Shown here: positions 18,601 to 27,633 of the stretch, piece by piece
Layout of the letters: every line of letters starts with the position of its first letter
Position numbering within the stretch: the stretch's first letter is position 1
Source: Trueperaceae bacterium
GTDB taxonomy: Bacteria; Deinococcota; Deinococci; Deinococcales; Trueperaceae
Direction of reading: 5' to 3'
Length of the DNA stretch: 64,000 nucleotides
Assembly: GCA_965214405.1 (NCBI GenBank)
Contig: OZ243956.1
Span: 2,624,001-2,688,000, forward strand
Program-made: the position numbers and the translations under genes
The notes under the pieces: generated by a model
What the model was told of the DNA's origin: nothing
The model's input: only the letters and a program-made list of their open reading frames with translations
The model's database searches: none

Positions 18601-18636
18601 GTTTAACTAGCGATTATCAGACATTTGTCCGATAAA
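18601..18636 (-). other. attI-like site
   Basis: Core GTTAAAC (GTTRRRY) between the intI start and the first cassette; includes palindrome TTATCAGACA-TT-TGTCCGATAA. Confidence 0.7.
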
Positions 18637-18671
18637 ATTCTTGTAGGGGTGCTTTTGCGGCAATTTGAAGT

Positions 18672-18890
18672 GTGACTCAATCTCGCAGCTACTCACCACA
18701 AACTTCCCCTTTCATCAATCATGTTCGGCGTGCGATACGGCTTAAACACTACAGCCTCGCAACTGAGCGCTCATACTGCTACTACACTCTCGACTATACC
18801 AAATTTCACGGCGAGCAGCATCCACGCTCTCTCGGGCCAAACAAGGTTCGGGCTTACCTTCGCATCTCGCCACCAACAAAGTGCGGGCCG
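18672..18890 (+). pseudogene. intI: integron integrase N-terminal remnant (frameshift near 18860, then truncated)
   Basis: SPFINHVRRAIRLKHYSLATERSY...KFHGEQHPRSLG..VRAYL, continuing as SHLATNKV in the -1 frame; matches the IntI N-terminal pattern; no catalytic domain present. Confidence 0.85.
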
Positions 18891-18968
18891 ACTCTTGCTT
18901 AGGACGCCGTGCCGACTTTTGCCACGACCTCTTCGCCAAAACGACACCAAGTGTTTTAACTACGTTCC

Positions 18969-20098
18969 CTCAGTACACGACAGATTTGAAATAAAGGGCT
19001 CTCCAGTGAAGAATGGATGTTGCGAGACACCACTTCAAGGGAGAGCATATGAAGCATACCGGGTTGCTGGCACAGTTGAAAGCGAGCGGCTTAAAGCTGC
19101 ACCCGTCACGGCTTAAGTTCTTGAGCTTGTTGATGATCGCGATGGTGCAGGCAAAGACGGTGAACTTGGCGACGTTGGTAGGCATGATGGAGGGCAGAGC
19201 CCAGCCGGACTCGCTTTACAGACGGGCGCAACGGTTTTTCCAAGGCTTGCACTTGGCCGATGAGACAGTTTTCAGGTACGCGCTGAGTCTAGGTCCCAAG
19301 CGAAGCTACAGCCTGTGCCTAGACCGGACGAACTGGAAGTTTGGCAAACTCGACATCAACATCTTGACCCTGGCTTATGCGCATGAGGGCGTAGCGGTTC
19401 CCTTACTGTGGTGTCTTTTGCCCAAGGCTGGCAACTCCGCCACGCAAGAACGCATTACGCTTTTGGAGCGTTTGCTAAAACTTTTGCCCGTAGACCAGCT
19501 AGAGGTGCTGCTAGCCGATAGGGAGTTCATCGGGGGCGACTGGTTCGCTTATCTTGAGCGTAAGCACATCCCTTTCGTTATCCGCGTGCGTAAAGACGCT
19601 CTCGGTGATGGCTGGTTTCATCTGTTCGGCTTTTTCCAGCATCTACCTGTGGGTGAGCACAAGGTACTTAAACAGCGCTACACTGTCTTTGGTGTTGAGC
19701 TTGGGGTTGCAGGCGCGCGTTTAGAGGGTGGAGAATACATCATCGTCGTCACCAACCGCAATCCTAAGCAGGCCCTCGCAAGCTACGCGAAGCGCTGGCA
19801 GATAGAATGCTTGTTCAAAGCCTTGAAAAGCAGCGGCTTTGACTTTGAAGCTACGCATCTCAAGCACCTAGAGCGCATTAACACCTTACTTGTCGTTGTG
19901 ACCCTGGCTTTCTTATGGGCCTTGAAAGTCGGAGCATTTGTTCACCGTCAGCTCAAACCTGTTCGAATGAAGTCGCACGGGCGCAAGCAGAAGTCTTTAT
20001 TCCGGGCAGGCTTAGACCATCTCAGGCATCTGCTCACCAACTCGGCAACCAAAAAGCCTGACCTGGACCGCTGTTTTCGGCTTTTGTCGTGTACTTAG
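18969..20098 (+). mobile_element. IS4-family insertion sequence (ISAba1/IS10-like), 1130 bp
   Basis: Terminal IRs CTCAGTACACGACAGA / TTTGTCGTGTACTTAG; 9-bp target duplication CTACGTTCC at 18960-18968 and 20099-20107. Confidence 0.93.
19013..20098 (+). CDS. IS4 family DDE transposase
   Basis: LDRTNWKFG, LLADREF, YAKRWQIECLFKALK (YREK motif). Confidence 0.93.
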   Translation: MDVARHHFKGEHMKHTGLLAQLKASGLKLHPSRLKFLSLLMIAMVQAKTVNLATLVGMMEGRAQPDSLYRRAQRFFQGLHLADETVFRYALSLGPKRSYSLCLDRTNWKFGKLDINILTLAYAHEGVAVPLLWCLLPKAGNSATQERITLLERLLKLLPVDQLEVLLADREFIGGDWFAYLERKHIPFVIRVRKDALGDGWFHLFGFFQHLPVGEHKVLKQRYTVFGVELGVAGARLEGGEYIIVVTNRNPKQALASYAKRWQIECLFKALKSSGFDFEATHLKHLERINTLLVVVTLAFLWALKVGAFVHRQLKPVRMKSHGRKQKSLFRAGLDHLRHLLTNSATKKPDLDRCFRLLSCT

Positions 20099-20107
20099 CT
20101 ACGTTCC

Positions 20108-21160
20108 CTAAATTTGCACCGTCACCCGCGCCCCGTCGCCCAACAAATGCACCGCGTCCGAGAAGCGCAGCACCCGCGACTGGTAGCCCATCGAGACGGT
20201 GTGGGTGCGCGCGCCGTTTTTGAAAAAGCGCACGCCTTTTAAGATGTCGCCATCGGTAATGCCCGTGGCGCTAAAGACGATGTTGTCGCCCGGCGCTAAG
20301 TCTTGCGTGCTGTAAACGCGCTCGGCGCTCGCACCCATCGCCTCGAGCCTCTCCCTCTCCCCATCATTACGCGGCCTAAAGCGCCCCTGAATCTCGCCGC
20401 CCAGACACTTGACCGCGGCGGCGGCCAACACGCCCTCGGGCGCGCCGCCGATGCCCATCACCGCGTGGACGTTCGTCCCGCGCACCGCCGCCGCGAGCGC
20501 CGCAATCACGTCACCATCGCCGATGAGCTTGACGCGCGCGCCCGCCTCGCGCACCTGCTTGAGCAAGTTTTCGTGCCGCGGGCGGTCTAAAATCACAATG
20601 GTGAGGTCTTCGACCGCGCGGTCCAGGCTCTGCGCGATGGCGCTCAAATTCGCCGCCACCGGCCAGGTCAAATCCACCTTGCCCGCCGCGGGGGGGCCGA
20701 CGATGAGCTTTTCCATGTAGGTGTCGGGGGCCTGAAAGAGCCCGCCCTTTTCGGCCAGCGCGATGACCGCGACCGAATTGCTCACCATCCGCGCGGTGAT
20801 GCCCGTGCCCTCGACCGGGTCCACCGCGATGTCAATTTGCCACGCGCCCTCGCCGCCGCGGCCCACTTTCTCGCCGATAAAGAGCATCGGCGCTTCGTCG
20901 CGCTCGCCCTCGCCAATCACAATCTCGCCGTCGATGTCGAGTTCGTTCAGCACGCGGCGCATCGCGTCGGTCCCGGCCTGGTCGACCAAGTCCGAGTCGC
21001 CCTTGCCCGCCACCCGGCTTGCGGCGATGGCCGCCTGCTCGGTGACGCGCACCGTGTCGAGCACCAGCGCCCGCTCCATGTCCATCGCCGCGCCCCGTTT
21101 CGTAGGGGAAGGCTTGCCCTTGGTTGCCGCTCTTTTGGGTGTCTTTTTTGTGACTGTCAT
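20108..21160 (-). CDS. glpX: fructose-1,6-bisphosphatase class II
   Basis: [33 protein letters not shown]; start could instead be the Met near 21085. Confidence 0.95.
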   Translation of the reverse strand: MTVTKKTPKRAATKGKPSPTKRGAAMDMERALVLDTVRVTEQAAIAASRVAGKGDSDLVDQAGTDAMRRVLNELDIDGEIVIGEGERDEAPMLFIGEKVGRGGEGAWQIDIAVDPVEGTGITARMVSNSVAVIALAEKGGLFQAPDTYMEKLIVGPPAAGKVDLTWPVAANLSAIAQSLDRAVEDLTIVILDRPRHENLLKQVREAGARVKLIGDGDVIAALAAAVRGTNVHAVMGIGGAPEGVLAAAAVKCLGGEIQGRFRPRNDGERERLEAMGASAERVYSTQDLAPGDNIVFSATGITDGDILKGVRFFKNGARTHTVSMGYQSRVLRFSDAVHLLGDGARVTVQI

Positions 21161-21221
21161 TGGCCCCATTGTGACACAGCCGCCCGACGGGAGGCGCGTT
21201 GTACCTCCTGAAAGTGTCAAT

Positions 21222-21884
21222 TTACGCAGGTGGATACGTTTTGCCGTTCGTTTTACTCTGGTGTCGCGCCTCCATCTCCCCCACCACGTCCCCCAGCCCG
21301 ACCCCGCACTCGCGCAGCATGACCATGAGGTGAAAAAGTAAGTCCGCCGCCTCGCCCACCAATTCGTCGTTTTTACCCTCGAGCGCCGCCACAATGCTCT
21401 CCCCCGCCTCCTCGACCACTTTTTGCGCCACGCGGCCCAAGCCTTTGTGGTGGAGCGAGGCGACGTAAGAGCCTTCCGGTAAGTCTTTAAGACGTTGGTT
21501 GATGATGTGCTCGAGGCCCGCCAATGCGCCCAGCGAAGGCGTCTTTGCCTCCTCACCCACTGTATCCACGGTGCGGTAGAAGCAAGAGCGCTCTCCGGTG
21601 TGGCAGGCGGGGCCGGTCTGTTTCACGCGGTAGAGCACCGCGTCCCCGTCGCAGTCGTAGCGCAACTCAGTGAGCGTCTGGGTGTGACCGCTGGTGGCAC
21701 CCTTGCGCCAGAGTTCGTTTCTCGAACGGCTCCAGTAGTGAGCTTGACCCGTTTGGAGCGTTCGTTCCAAGGCTTCTTGATTCGCGTAGGCGAGCATCAG
21801 CACCTCGCCGCTCTCGGCGTCTTGGGCCACGACAGGTACAAGACCGCGCGCGTCGAATTTTATGGTGGATATGGATAATGTCAT
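21222..21884 (-). CDS. hisIE: phosphoribosyl-AMP cyclohydrolase / phosphoribosyl-ATP diphosphatase
   Basis: [45 protein letters not shown]. Confidence 0.96.
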   Translation of the reverse strand: MTLSISTIKFDARGLVPVVAQDAESGEVLMLAYANQEALERTLQTGQAHYWSRSRNELWRKGATSGHTQTLTELRYDCDGDAVLYRVKQTGPACHTGERSCFYRTVDTVGEEAKTPSLGALAGLEHIINQRLKDLPEGSYVASLHHKGLGRVAQKVVEEAGESIVAALEGKNDELVGEAADLLFHLMVMLRECGVGLGDVVGEMEARHQSKTNGKTYPPA

Positions 21885-22017
21885 ACGCTATTCTACGGTG
21901 CTTGACGGGCTTTAGCCGGATACATGAGAGGCGCAGCACTCCACCTCTCTTTCACTTCTTCCTACGTTCAAAACGCTTAGCAGATTCCCCTTACCCAAAG
22001 TGCGTTACATTGGACTC

Positions 22018-22995
22018 ATGCTCTTTGACCTTCCTTTAGATGAACTCGAACGCTATAAACCGCCGCGGCACGAACCCGAGGACTTTGACGCGTTTTGGGA
22101 AGTCAGCCTGGCGGAGGCTCGAGCCTGGGCGCTCGAGCCCCAATTCACGCCCGTCGAGGTCGGCCTAAAAACCATCGCGTGCTTTGACGTGACCTTTTCG
22201 GGCTACGGCGGTCAGCGGGTCAAGGGCTGGTTTCTCCGTCCGCAAGGGATAGACTCGCCGGAGCCGCTGCCCAGCATGGTCGAGTACATCGGCTACGGCG
22301 GGGGCCGGGGGAGGCCGACCGACTGGCTCCTCTGGCCGAGCGCGGGCTTCGCCTATCTGGTCATGGACACGCGGGGTCAGGGCAGCACCTGGCGCGAGGG
22401 GGATACGCCGGACCTGCCCACCGAGGGGGCCAACGCGCACTTTCCGGGCTTCATGACGCAGGGCATTCTCGACCCCAAAACCTACTACTACCGCCGCCTG
22501 TTCGTGGACGCGGTGAGGGCGGTGGAGACCTTGAAGTCACGTGAGGAGGTCGACCCGGCGCGGGTCGCGGTGACGGGTGGCAGCCAGGGGGGCGGCGTCT
22601 CGCTGGCGGTGGCGGGGCTTGTGCCGGACCTCGCGGCGGTCATGCCGGACGTGCCCTTTTTATGCCACTACCGCCGCGCTACCCAAATGACCGACGCCAT
22701 GCCCTACAACGAAATCGCGCGCTACTGCAAAATCCACCGGGGCGAGGTCGAGAGCGTGTTTCGCACGCTCTCGTACTTTGACGGCGTCAACTTCGCGGCG
22801 CGCGCGGACGCGAGGGCGCTCTTTTCGGCTGCGCTGATGGACACGGTGTGCCCCCCATCCACCGTGTTTGCCGCCTACAACCACTACGCGGGCGAGAAAG
22901 ACATCCGCGTTTATCCCTACAACGGGCACGAGGGCGGCGAGGGGGTTCAGACGGCGGCGAAGCTGGCGTACGTGGAGGCGCTTCAAGGAGAATAA
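22018..22995 (+). CDS. acetylxylan esterase / cephalosporin-C deacetylase (CE7)
   Basis: DTRGQ, GGSQGG, CPPSTVFAAYN, GHE motifs. Confidence 0.92.
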   Translation: MLFDLPLDELERYKPPRHEPEDFDAFWEVSLAEARAWALEPQFTPVEVGLKTIACFDVTFSGYGGQRVKGWFLRPQGIDSPEPLPSMVEYIGYGGGRGRPTDWLLWPSAGFAYLVMDTRGQGSTWREGDTPDLPTEGANAHFPGFMTQGILDPKTYYYRRLFVDAVRAVETLKSREEVDPARVAVTGGSQGGGVSLAVAGLVPDLAAVMPDVPFLCHYRRATQMTDAMPYNEIARYCKIHRGEVESVFRTLSYFDGVNFAARADARALFSAALMDTVCPPSTVFAAYNHYAGEKDIRVYPYNGHEGGEGVQTAAKLAYVEALQGE

Positions 22996-23026
22996 CCCGC
23001 AGCAGAGGGTTCATCTGATACCACAA

Positions 23027-23051
23027 AAACTGATTTTATGATAAACTGATT
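23027..23051 (+). promoter_or_regulatory. TA promoter with direct repeats
   Basis: AAACTGATT twice (23027, 23043), overlapping the TGaTAAACT extended -10 just before the ATG. Confidence 0.45.
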
Positions 23052-23053
23052 CT

Positions 23054-23323
23054 ATGGAACGCATCAACGTCACGCAAGCGGCGCGCAATTTTTCGGACCT
23101 GCTCAACCGCGTTTATTATCAAGGGGTGAGCGTGGAACTCGAGCGCGGTAACAAGGTTGTCGCGCGCCTCGTCCCGGCGCTCCCCGCCCCGAGCCTGGCC
23201 GCAGGGGATTTGGAGGAGCTCTTCGCTTCTTTGCCCAAGCTGGGTAACGACGCCGAAAGCTTTGCCGAAGATGTCAAAGGGGCTGACGAATCCTTTTTGC
23301 CGGAGGATGATGTTTGGGGCTAG
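23054..23323 (+). CDS. Phd/YefM family antitoxin
   Basis: INVTQAARNFSDLLNRV..G.SVELERGNKVVARLVP. Confidence 0.88.
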   Translation: MERINVTQAARNFSDLLNRVYYQGVSVELERGNKVVARLVPALPAPSLAAGDLEELFASLPKLGNDAESFAEDVKGADESFLPEDDVWG

Positions 23324-23335
23324 GTCGCGCGCCGC

Positions 23336-23755
23336 GTGGGGTTAGTGGTCGATACGGACGTGTTTATCCACCTCGAGCGGGGCTCCTTGCCTACCGACTG
23401 GGGAACTTACGCGGGTGACTATGGCGGCGTCTATATAAGCGCCGTTACCGTGTCCGAACTGCTCGTCGGTGTGTACCGCGCCGATACGCAGGAGCGGCGG
23501 GTAAAGCGCACGGCTTTGGTAGAGTCGGTGTTAGCCAGGGTGTCGGTGCTCCCTTTTACCGCCGAGGTGGCGCGCCTTCACGCGCAACTCTTGGCCGACC
23601 TCATGGGGCGGGGTCAAAAAATCGGGGCGCATGACCTCATTATCGCTGCCACCGCCCTCTATCACGGCTTTCCGGTGCTTACGAGCAACCTCAAGGATTT
23701 TGAGCGCGTCACCGGCTTGGACGTTCTGGTTTACACTGTCGAGGAGAATCCATGA
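23336..23755 (+). CDS. vapC: VapC PIN-domain toxin
   Basis: [32 protein letters not shown]. Confidence 0.9.
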   Translation: MGLVVDTDVFIHLERGSLPTDWGTYAGDYGGVYISAVTVSELLVGVYRADTQERRVKRTALVESVLARVSVLPFTAEVARLHAQLLADLMGRGQKIGAHDLIIAATALYHGFPVLTSNLKDFERVTGLDVLVYTVEENP

Positions 23756-24507
23756 AAATCATCACCATCATCAAACAAGTCCCCGACGCCGAGGCGCGCA
23801 TCCGCTCGTCAGCGGAGGGCATCGACCTAGAGGGCGCAACATTCGTGATTGACGGCATGGACGAGTACGGCGTCGAGCAGGCCCTGCGCATCCGTGAGGG
23901 CGGCGAGGACGCGGACATCGTCGCGCTCGCCCTGGGTCCCAAGCGTTTCGAGGAAGCCATCCGCACCGCGCTGGCGATGGGCGCGGACCGCGCGGTGCAT
24001 ATCGAAACCGATGAGGCGTTAGACCCCATCAGCCAGGCCAAGGTGCTCGCCAAAGTGATTGGAGACGAGGGAGCCGACGTGGTCTTTGTCGGCGGCAAAG
24101 AAGCCGACTGGGATTCCGCCGCCTTAGGTCCGGCGGTGGCCGAGGCACTGGGCTGGCCGCACTCGGACTGGACGACGAAGTTGGAGCTAGCAGATAAAGG
24201 GGCTCAGACCACCCACGACGCCGACGAGGGTAGCGAACGTTTAGCGCTTCCCCTTCCCGCCGTCATCACCACCCAACAAGGCCTCAACGAACCTCGCTAC
24301 CCCACCCTGCCCAACATCATGAAGGCCAAACGCAAAGAGCTCAAAAAACTGAGCTTAGACGACGCGGGCGGCGCAAACGCCAAAACGCGCGTGCTCAAAG
24401 AAACCATCCAAACCCGCGACCGCCTCAACAAAATGTTGGACGGCGACCCTGCGGAGGCGGCGCAGAAGCTCGCCAAGCTGCTCCACGAAGAGGCGAAGGT
24501 CGTTTGA
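23752..24507 (+). CDS. etfB: electron transfer flavoprotein beta subunit
   Basis: [30 protein letters not shown]. Confidence 0.95.
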   Translation: MKIITIIKQVPDAEARIRSSAEGIDLEGATFVIDGMDEYGVEQALRIREGGEDADIVALALGPKRFEEAIRTALAMGADRAVHIETDEALDPISQAKVLAKVIGDEGADVVFVGGKEADWDSAALGPAVAEALGWPHSDWTTKLELADKGAQTTHDADEGSERLALPLPAVITTQQGLNEPRYPTLPNIMKAKRKELKKLSLDDAGGANAKTRVLKETIQTRDRLNKMLDGDPAEAAQKLAKLLHEEAKVV

Positions 24508-24573
24508 AGTGGTTAGTGGTTGGTGATGAGTGGTTAGTCTTTTCTAATCACTATCCACTCACCACTCATCACT
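24508..24573. repeat. inverted array of degenerate heptamer repeats
   Basis: AGTGGTT-like x4 followed by complementary CTCACCA-like x4. Confidence 0.6.
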
Positions 24574-24588
24574 GTCTAAAGGAGAGAT

Positions 24589-25560
24589 ATGATTCTTGTT
24601 GTTGCTAATCAAAAGGCCGATCAAAGTGGCGGGTTGCGGAAGAGCACGCTCGAGCTGACCACCGCCGCGCGCAACCTCGCAGAGGCGTTGGGTACGGATG
24701 TTGCCGGGCTGGTCATCGGTAACGCCGAGGCTGCCGAGGCGTTCGCAAAGTACGTGGACACCGTCTACCGCGTGTCGGGTGAGGGCTTGGACGCGTTTAG
24801 GGCGGAGCCGTGGACGCGCGTGGTAACCCAGGTGGCGCAGGAGAAGGGGGCGCAGGCGGTGCTAATCGCGGCCTCGCGCTCGGGGCTCTCCTACGCGCCG
24901 CGCGTCGCGCTGCGGCTTGACGCGCCCTATTTAGAGGACGTGACGGGGCTCGAGCTTCAAGACGGCAAGGTGACCGCGACGCGTTTTACCTACCTTGCCC
25001 GCGTGACCGAGACGGTGCAGGCTGAGAGTTTGCCCGTGGTTATCAGCATCAAGCCCAACATCTATCCTGTCGCTGAGGAGGGGGCGGGGGGTTCCGTGGA
25101 GGCGGTGGAGGTGGGGCTCGAGAGTAACGACACCCGCGTCACGCTGGGCGAGAAGCAGGCCGCGGCAGCGGGGCGGGTGGCCTTGGAGGAGGCCAGCGTG
25201 GTCATCGCGGGCGGGCGCGGTGTGGGCGGTCCCGAAGGCTTCGACAACCTCGTTGAGCCCTTGGCCGACACGCTTTCGGCGGGGGTGGGGGCGACCCGCG
25301 CGGTGGTGGACGCGGGCTGGCGGCCCTACGGCGAGCAGGTGGGGCAGACCGGCAAGACGGTTGCGCCCGACCTCTATGTGGCCCTGGGCGTGTCGGGCGC
25401 GGTGCAGCACCTTTCGGGGATGAACCGCTCCAAGGTAATCGTTGCGATTAACAAAGACGCGGACGCGCCCATTTTCAAGGTGGCGGACTACGGCATCGTG
25501 GGCGACGTGGGCGTGGTGGCTCCGGCGCTCAAGGAGGCGCTGGCGGCGCAAAAGGAGTAG
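24589..25560 (+). CDS. etfA: electron transfer flavoprotein alpha subunit
   Basis: GGRG, GATRAVVDAGW, QVGQTGK, GVSGAVQH. Confidence 0.95.
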   Translation: MILVVANQKADQSGGLRKSTLELTTAARNLAEALGTDVAGLVIGNAEAAEAFAKYVDTVYRVSGEGLDAFRAEPWTRVVTQVAQEKGAQAVLIAASRSGLSYAPRVALRLDAPYLEDVTGLELQDGKVTATRFTYLARVTETVQAESLPVVISIKPNIYPVAEEGAGGSVEAVEVGLESNDTRVTLGEKQAAAAGRVALEEASVVIAGGRGVGGPEGFDNLVEPLADTLSAGVGATRAVVDAGWRPYGEQVGQTGKTVAPDLYVALGVSGAVQHLSGMNRSKVIVAINKDADAPIFKVADYGIVGDVGVVAPALKEALAAQKE

Positions 25561-25594
25561 CGGAAGTGGGGAGATGGGAGGTAGGGGGAAAAGC

Positions 25595-26608
25595 CTAAAC
25601 CTCCACCTTCTCCCCGCGCCGTAGCGACACTTCGGCGGAGAGAGAGAGCGCCACCGACGCCCGTCCGTCCTCACCTGTCGCGGGTGGTGGAGTTCCGCTA
25701 AATATAGCGTCCAAAAAAGCCGCCGTCTGCTTCGGCACGTCAAACGCGTGACCTGTAGACCGCGGCACGTCCACCCCGCGCGTTTCCTCAGCACCCTGTT
25801 CTTTACTGTGCAGCGTGAGCGCGACGTGGGGGCTCCTGTCCAAATCCATGCTGCCGCACCAGGCCGCGTGGAGCGCACCCGTTTCGCCCACGAGCTTGAG
25901 GTCTATGTGATGCCCGTAAGCGGCGATAGAGCGCGTGACGAGCGCGGAGGCTTGGGGAAACTCGAGCCTCACATCCAAACTTTCGTTCAGCATCTCCCGC
26001 CCGTCGCGCGAGTTCGACCAGGCTTGCAAGGCGGTGGGCTCGCCCACGCCCTCAAAATACCAGCGCGCCAAATCGAGGTAGTGGATGGGCTCCTCGAGAA
26101 TCGCGCTACCTAACTTGTCGGGGTCCGTTTTCCAGCCCCCCGCGCCCGCCCGGTAGGGCCTGCGCCACAAGTCGAGCTTGAGGTGGAGAGGCCGCCCCAC
26201 CGCGCCCGCTCCGATAAGCTCCTTGACCTTGGCAAAAAGGGTGAAGACGCGCATCTCGAGCCCCACCGCCAGCACCTTACCCGCGCGCTCCGCCGCGGCC
26301 AGCATCCTATCGCAGTCCTCGAGCGTCGTCGCCATCGGTTTCTCGACCAGCACGTGTTTACCTGCGTTTAGGGCGGCCACGGCGTGTTCGGCGTGGAGGT
26401 AGTTGGGGCTCACGACGATGACGGCCTCGGTATCCCAACCTAAAAATGCGTCCAAGTCCGTCGTCGCGGGCACGCCCCATTCGGCCTCGACGCGTTCTTT
26501 GGAGGCAGGGCTCGAGACCGCCACCCCTGCGAGCGTCGCGCCTACCTCTTCCAAAGCTTGCTTATGCACCTCAGCCCAGCGCCCCGCGCCGATAAGGCCG
26601 ACTTTCAT
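25595..26608 (-). CDS. Gfo/Idh/MocA oxidoreductase
   Basis: VGLIGAGRW, GKHVLVEKPMA, ILEEPIHYLD. Confidence 0.88.
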   Translation of the reverse strand: MKVGLIGAGRWAEVHKQALEEVGATLAGVAVSSPASKERVEAEWGVPATTDLDAFLGWDTEAVIVVSPNYLHAEHAVAALNAGKHVLVEKPMATTLEDCDRMLAAAERAGKVLAVGLEMRVFTLFAKVKELIGAGAVGRPLHLKLDLWRRPYRAGAGGWKTDPDKLGSAILEEPIHYLDLARWYFEGVGEPTALQAWSNSRDGREMLNESLDVRLEFPQASALVTRSIAAYGHHIDLKLVGETGALHAAWCGSMDLDRSPHVALTLHSKEQGAEETRGVDVPRSTGHAFDVPKQTAAFLDAIFSGTPPPATGEDGRASVALSLSAEVSLRRGEKVEV

Positions 26609-27633
26609 GGTAACGCCTCCTCAAAGAGAGCTTCACCCGTGACCTCGGCGGGGCGGACTTCGCGGCGGGTGCGGACGGACTCTAAGACCGCCAGAGACAC
26701 CCGTAGCGCGTCAATGCCGTCTTCTAAAGAAGCTACTTGGCGCGGTACGCCTTGAGTGAGTTCGCGGTAGAACTGCTCAATCTCCTCGTTCCACGGGTCG
26801 GTGCCATTCGTCCGCCAAGGAGTCACGCCGCCAGCGTCGTGCAGCGTCATCGTCTCGTTCCAGTTCACGCTCAATAACCCGTCGGGTCCCATGTAGGTGT
26901 GGCGCTCGGTGGGCTCGACGCCGGAGGGAAGGCCCCAGGAGACTTGCACCTGACCGACGGTGCCGTTCGCATACTCGAGCGTGATTTGCGCGCTGTCGAG
27001 CGCCTTGTGTCGGATACCCGCCAGTTCCGGTTTGCTCTCGCTAAAAGTGTAGCCCCTGGCCGAAACCGTCTCGGGCTGAGTGCCGAAAAGTTCGCCCCAG
27101 AGGTTGAACACGTGGCAGCACATGTCGATGATGGGGCCGCCGTTGGCCCGCGCGTCGTGCATAAGCCTTTTGGGCCGGATGCCCGCGGCGATGGTGGCTT
27201 GGGCTAAAACGGGGCCGCCGATGCGCGCGTGCATCTCCAGAAGCTGGCTGTATGCGGGGTCGAACCGACGCATAAAACCGATGCGCAGTTCGCAACCGCT
27301 CTTTTCAGCCGCCTCGCTCATGCGCTCGGCGTCACTTAGCGTCAGCGCCGCGGGTTTTTCGCAGAGGACGTGTTTGCCCGCCGAGAGCGCCTGCACCGTA
27401 AAGGGCGCGTGGGTGGAGGTCGGGGTGCAGACGGAGACGACGTGAACGTCCGCGCGGTCTAAAAGCGAGTCCGGTGCGGCGTGGGCTTCTGCGCCAAAGG
27501 GAGCGGCTATGGCCTCGGCTCTCTTTACGTCCGCGTCGCAGACCGCTACCACCCTGGCCCCCGCCGCGGCCCAGCCTTCCGCGTGCCGCGCGCCCATGTC
27601 ACCCGCGCCGATGATGAGCACGCCCAGGCTCAC
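26605..27633 (-). CDS. Gfo/Idh/MocA oxidoreductase
   Basis: IIGAGDMG, GKHVLCEKP, GGPIIDMCCH; GTG overlaps the upstream TGA. Confidence 0.88.
   Translation of the reverse strand: MSLGVLIIGAGDMGARHAEGWAAAGARVVAVCDADVKRAEAIAAPFGAEAHAAPDSLLDRADVHVVSVCTPTSTHAPFTVQALSAGKHVLCEKPAALTLSDAERMSEAAEKSGCELRIGFMRRFDPAYSQLLEMHARIGGPVLAQATIAAGIRPKRLMHDARANGGPIIDMCCHVFNLWGELFGTQPETVSARGYTFSESKPELAGIRHKALDSAQITLEYANGTVGQVQVSWGLPSGVEPTERHTYMGPDGLLSVNWNETMTLHDAGGVTPWRTNGTDPWNEEIEQFYRELTQGVPRQVASLEDGIDALRVSLAVLESVRTRREVRPAEVTGEALFEEALP

Larger units (their letters stand above)
15862..18890 (-). mobile_element. degenerate integron (intI remnant, attI, cassette array)
   Basis: IntI-like N-terminus divergent from co-oriented small ORFs separated by attC-type hairpins. 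Confidence 0.85.

Noticed and set aside
18613..18635. Palindrome TTATCAGACA-TT-TGTCCGATAA as a Deinococcus RDRM or LexA box
   Set aside because: Length and sequence do not fit the 17-bp RDRM or known LexA boxes; treated as part of the attI region
15862..18636. CRISPR array as an explanation for the spaced palindromes
   Set aside because: The repeats are not identical, are 96-119 bp long and are separated by whole genes; this fits attC, and no cas genes are present
21161..21556. Long N-terminal extension of glpX in the ORF track
   Set aside because: It overlaps hisIE in another frame; GlpX-like sequence begins only near MDMERALV
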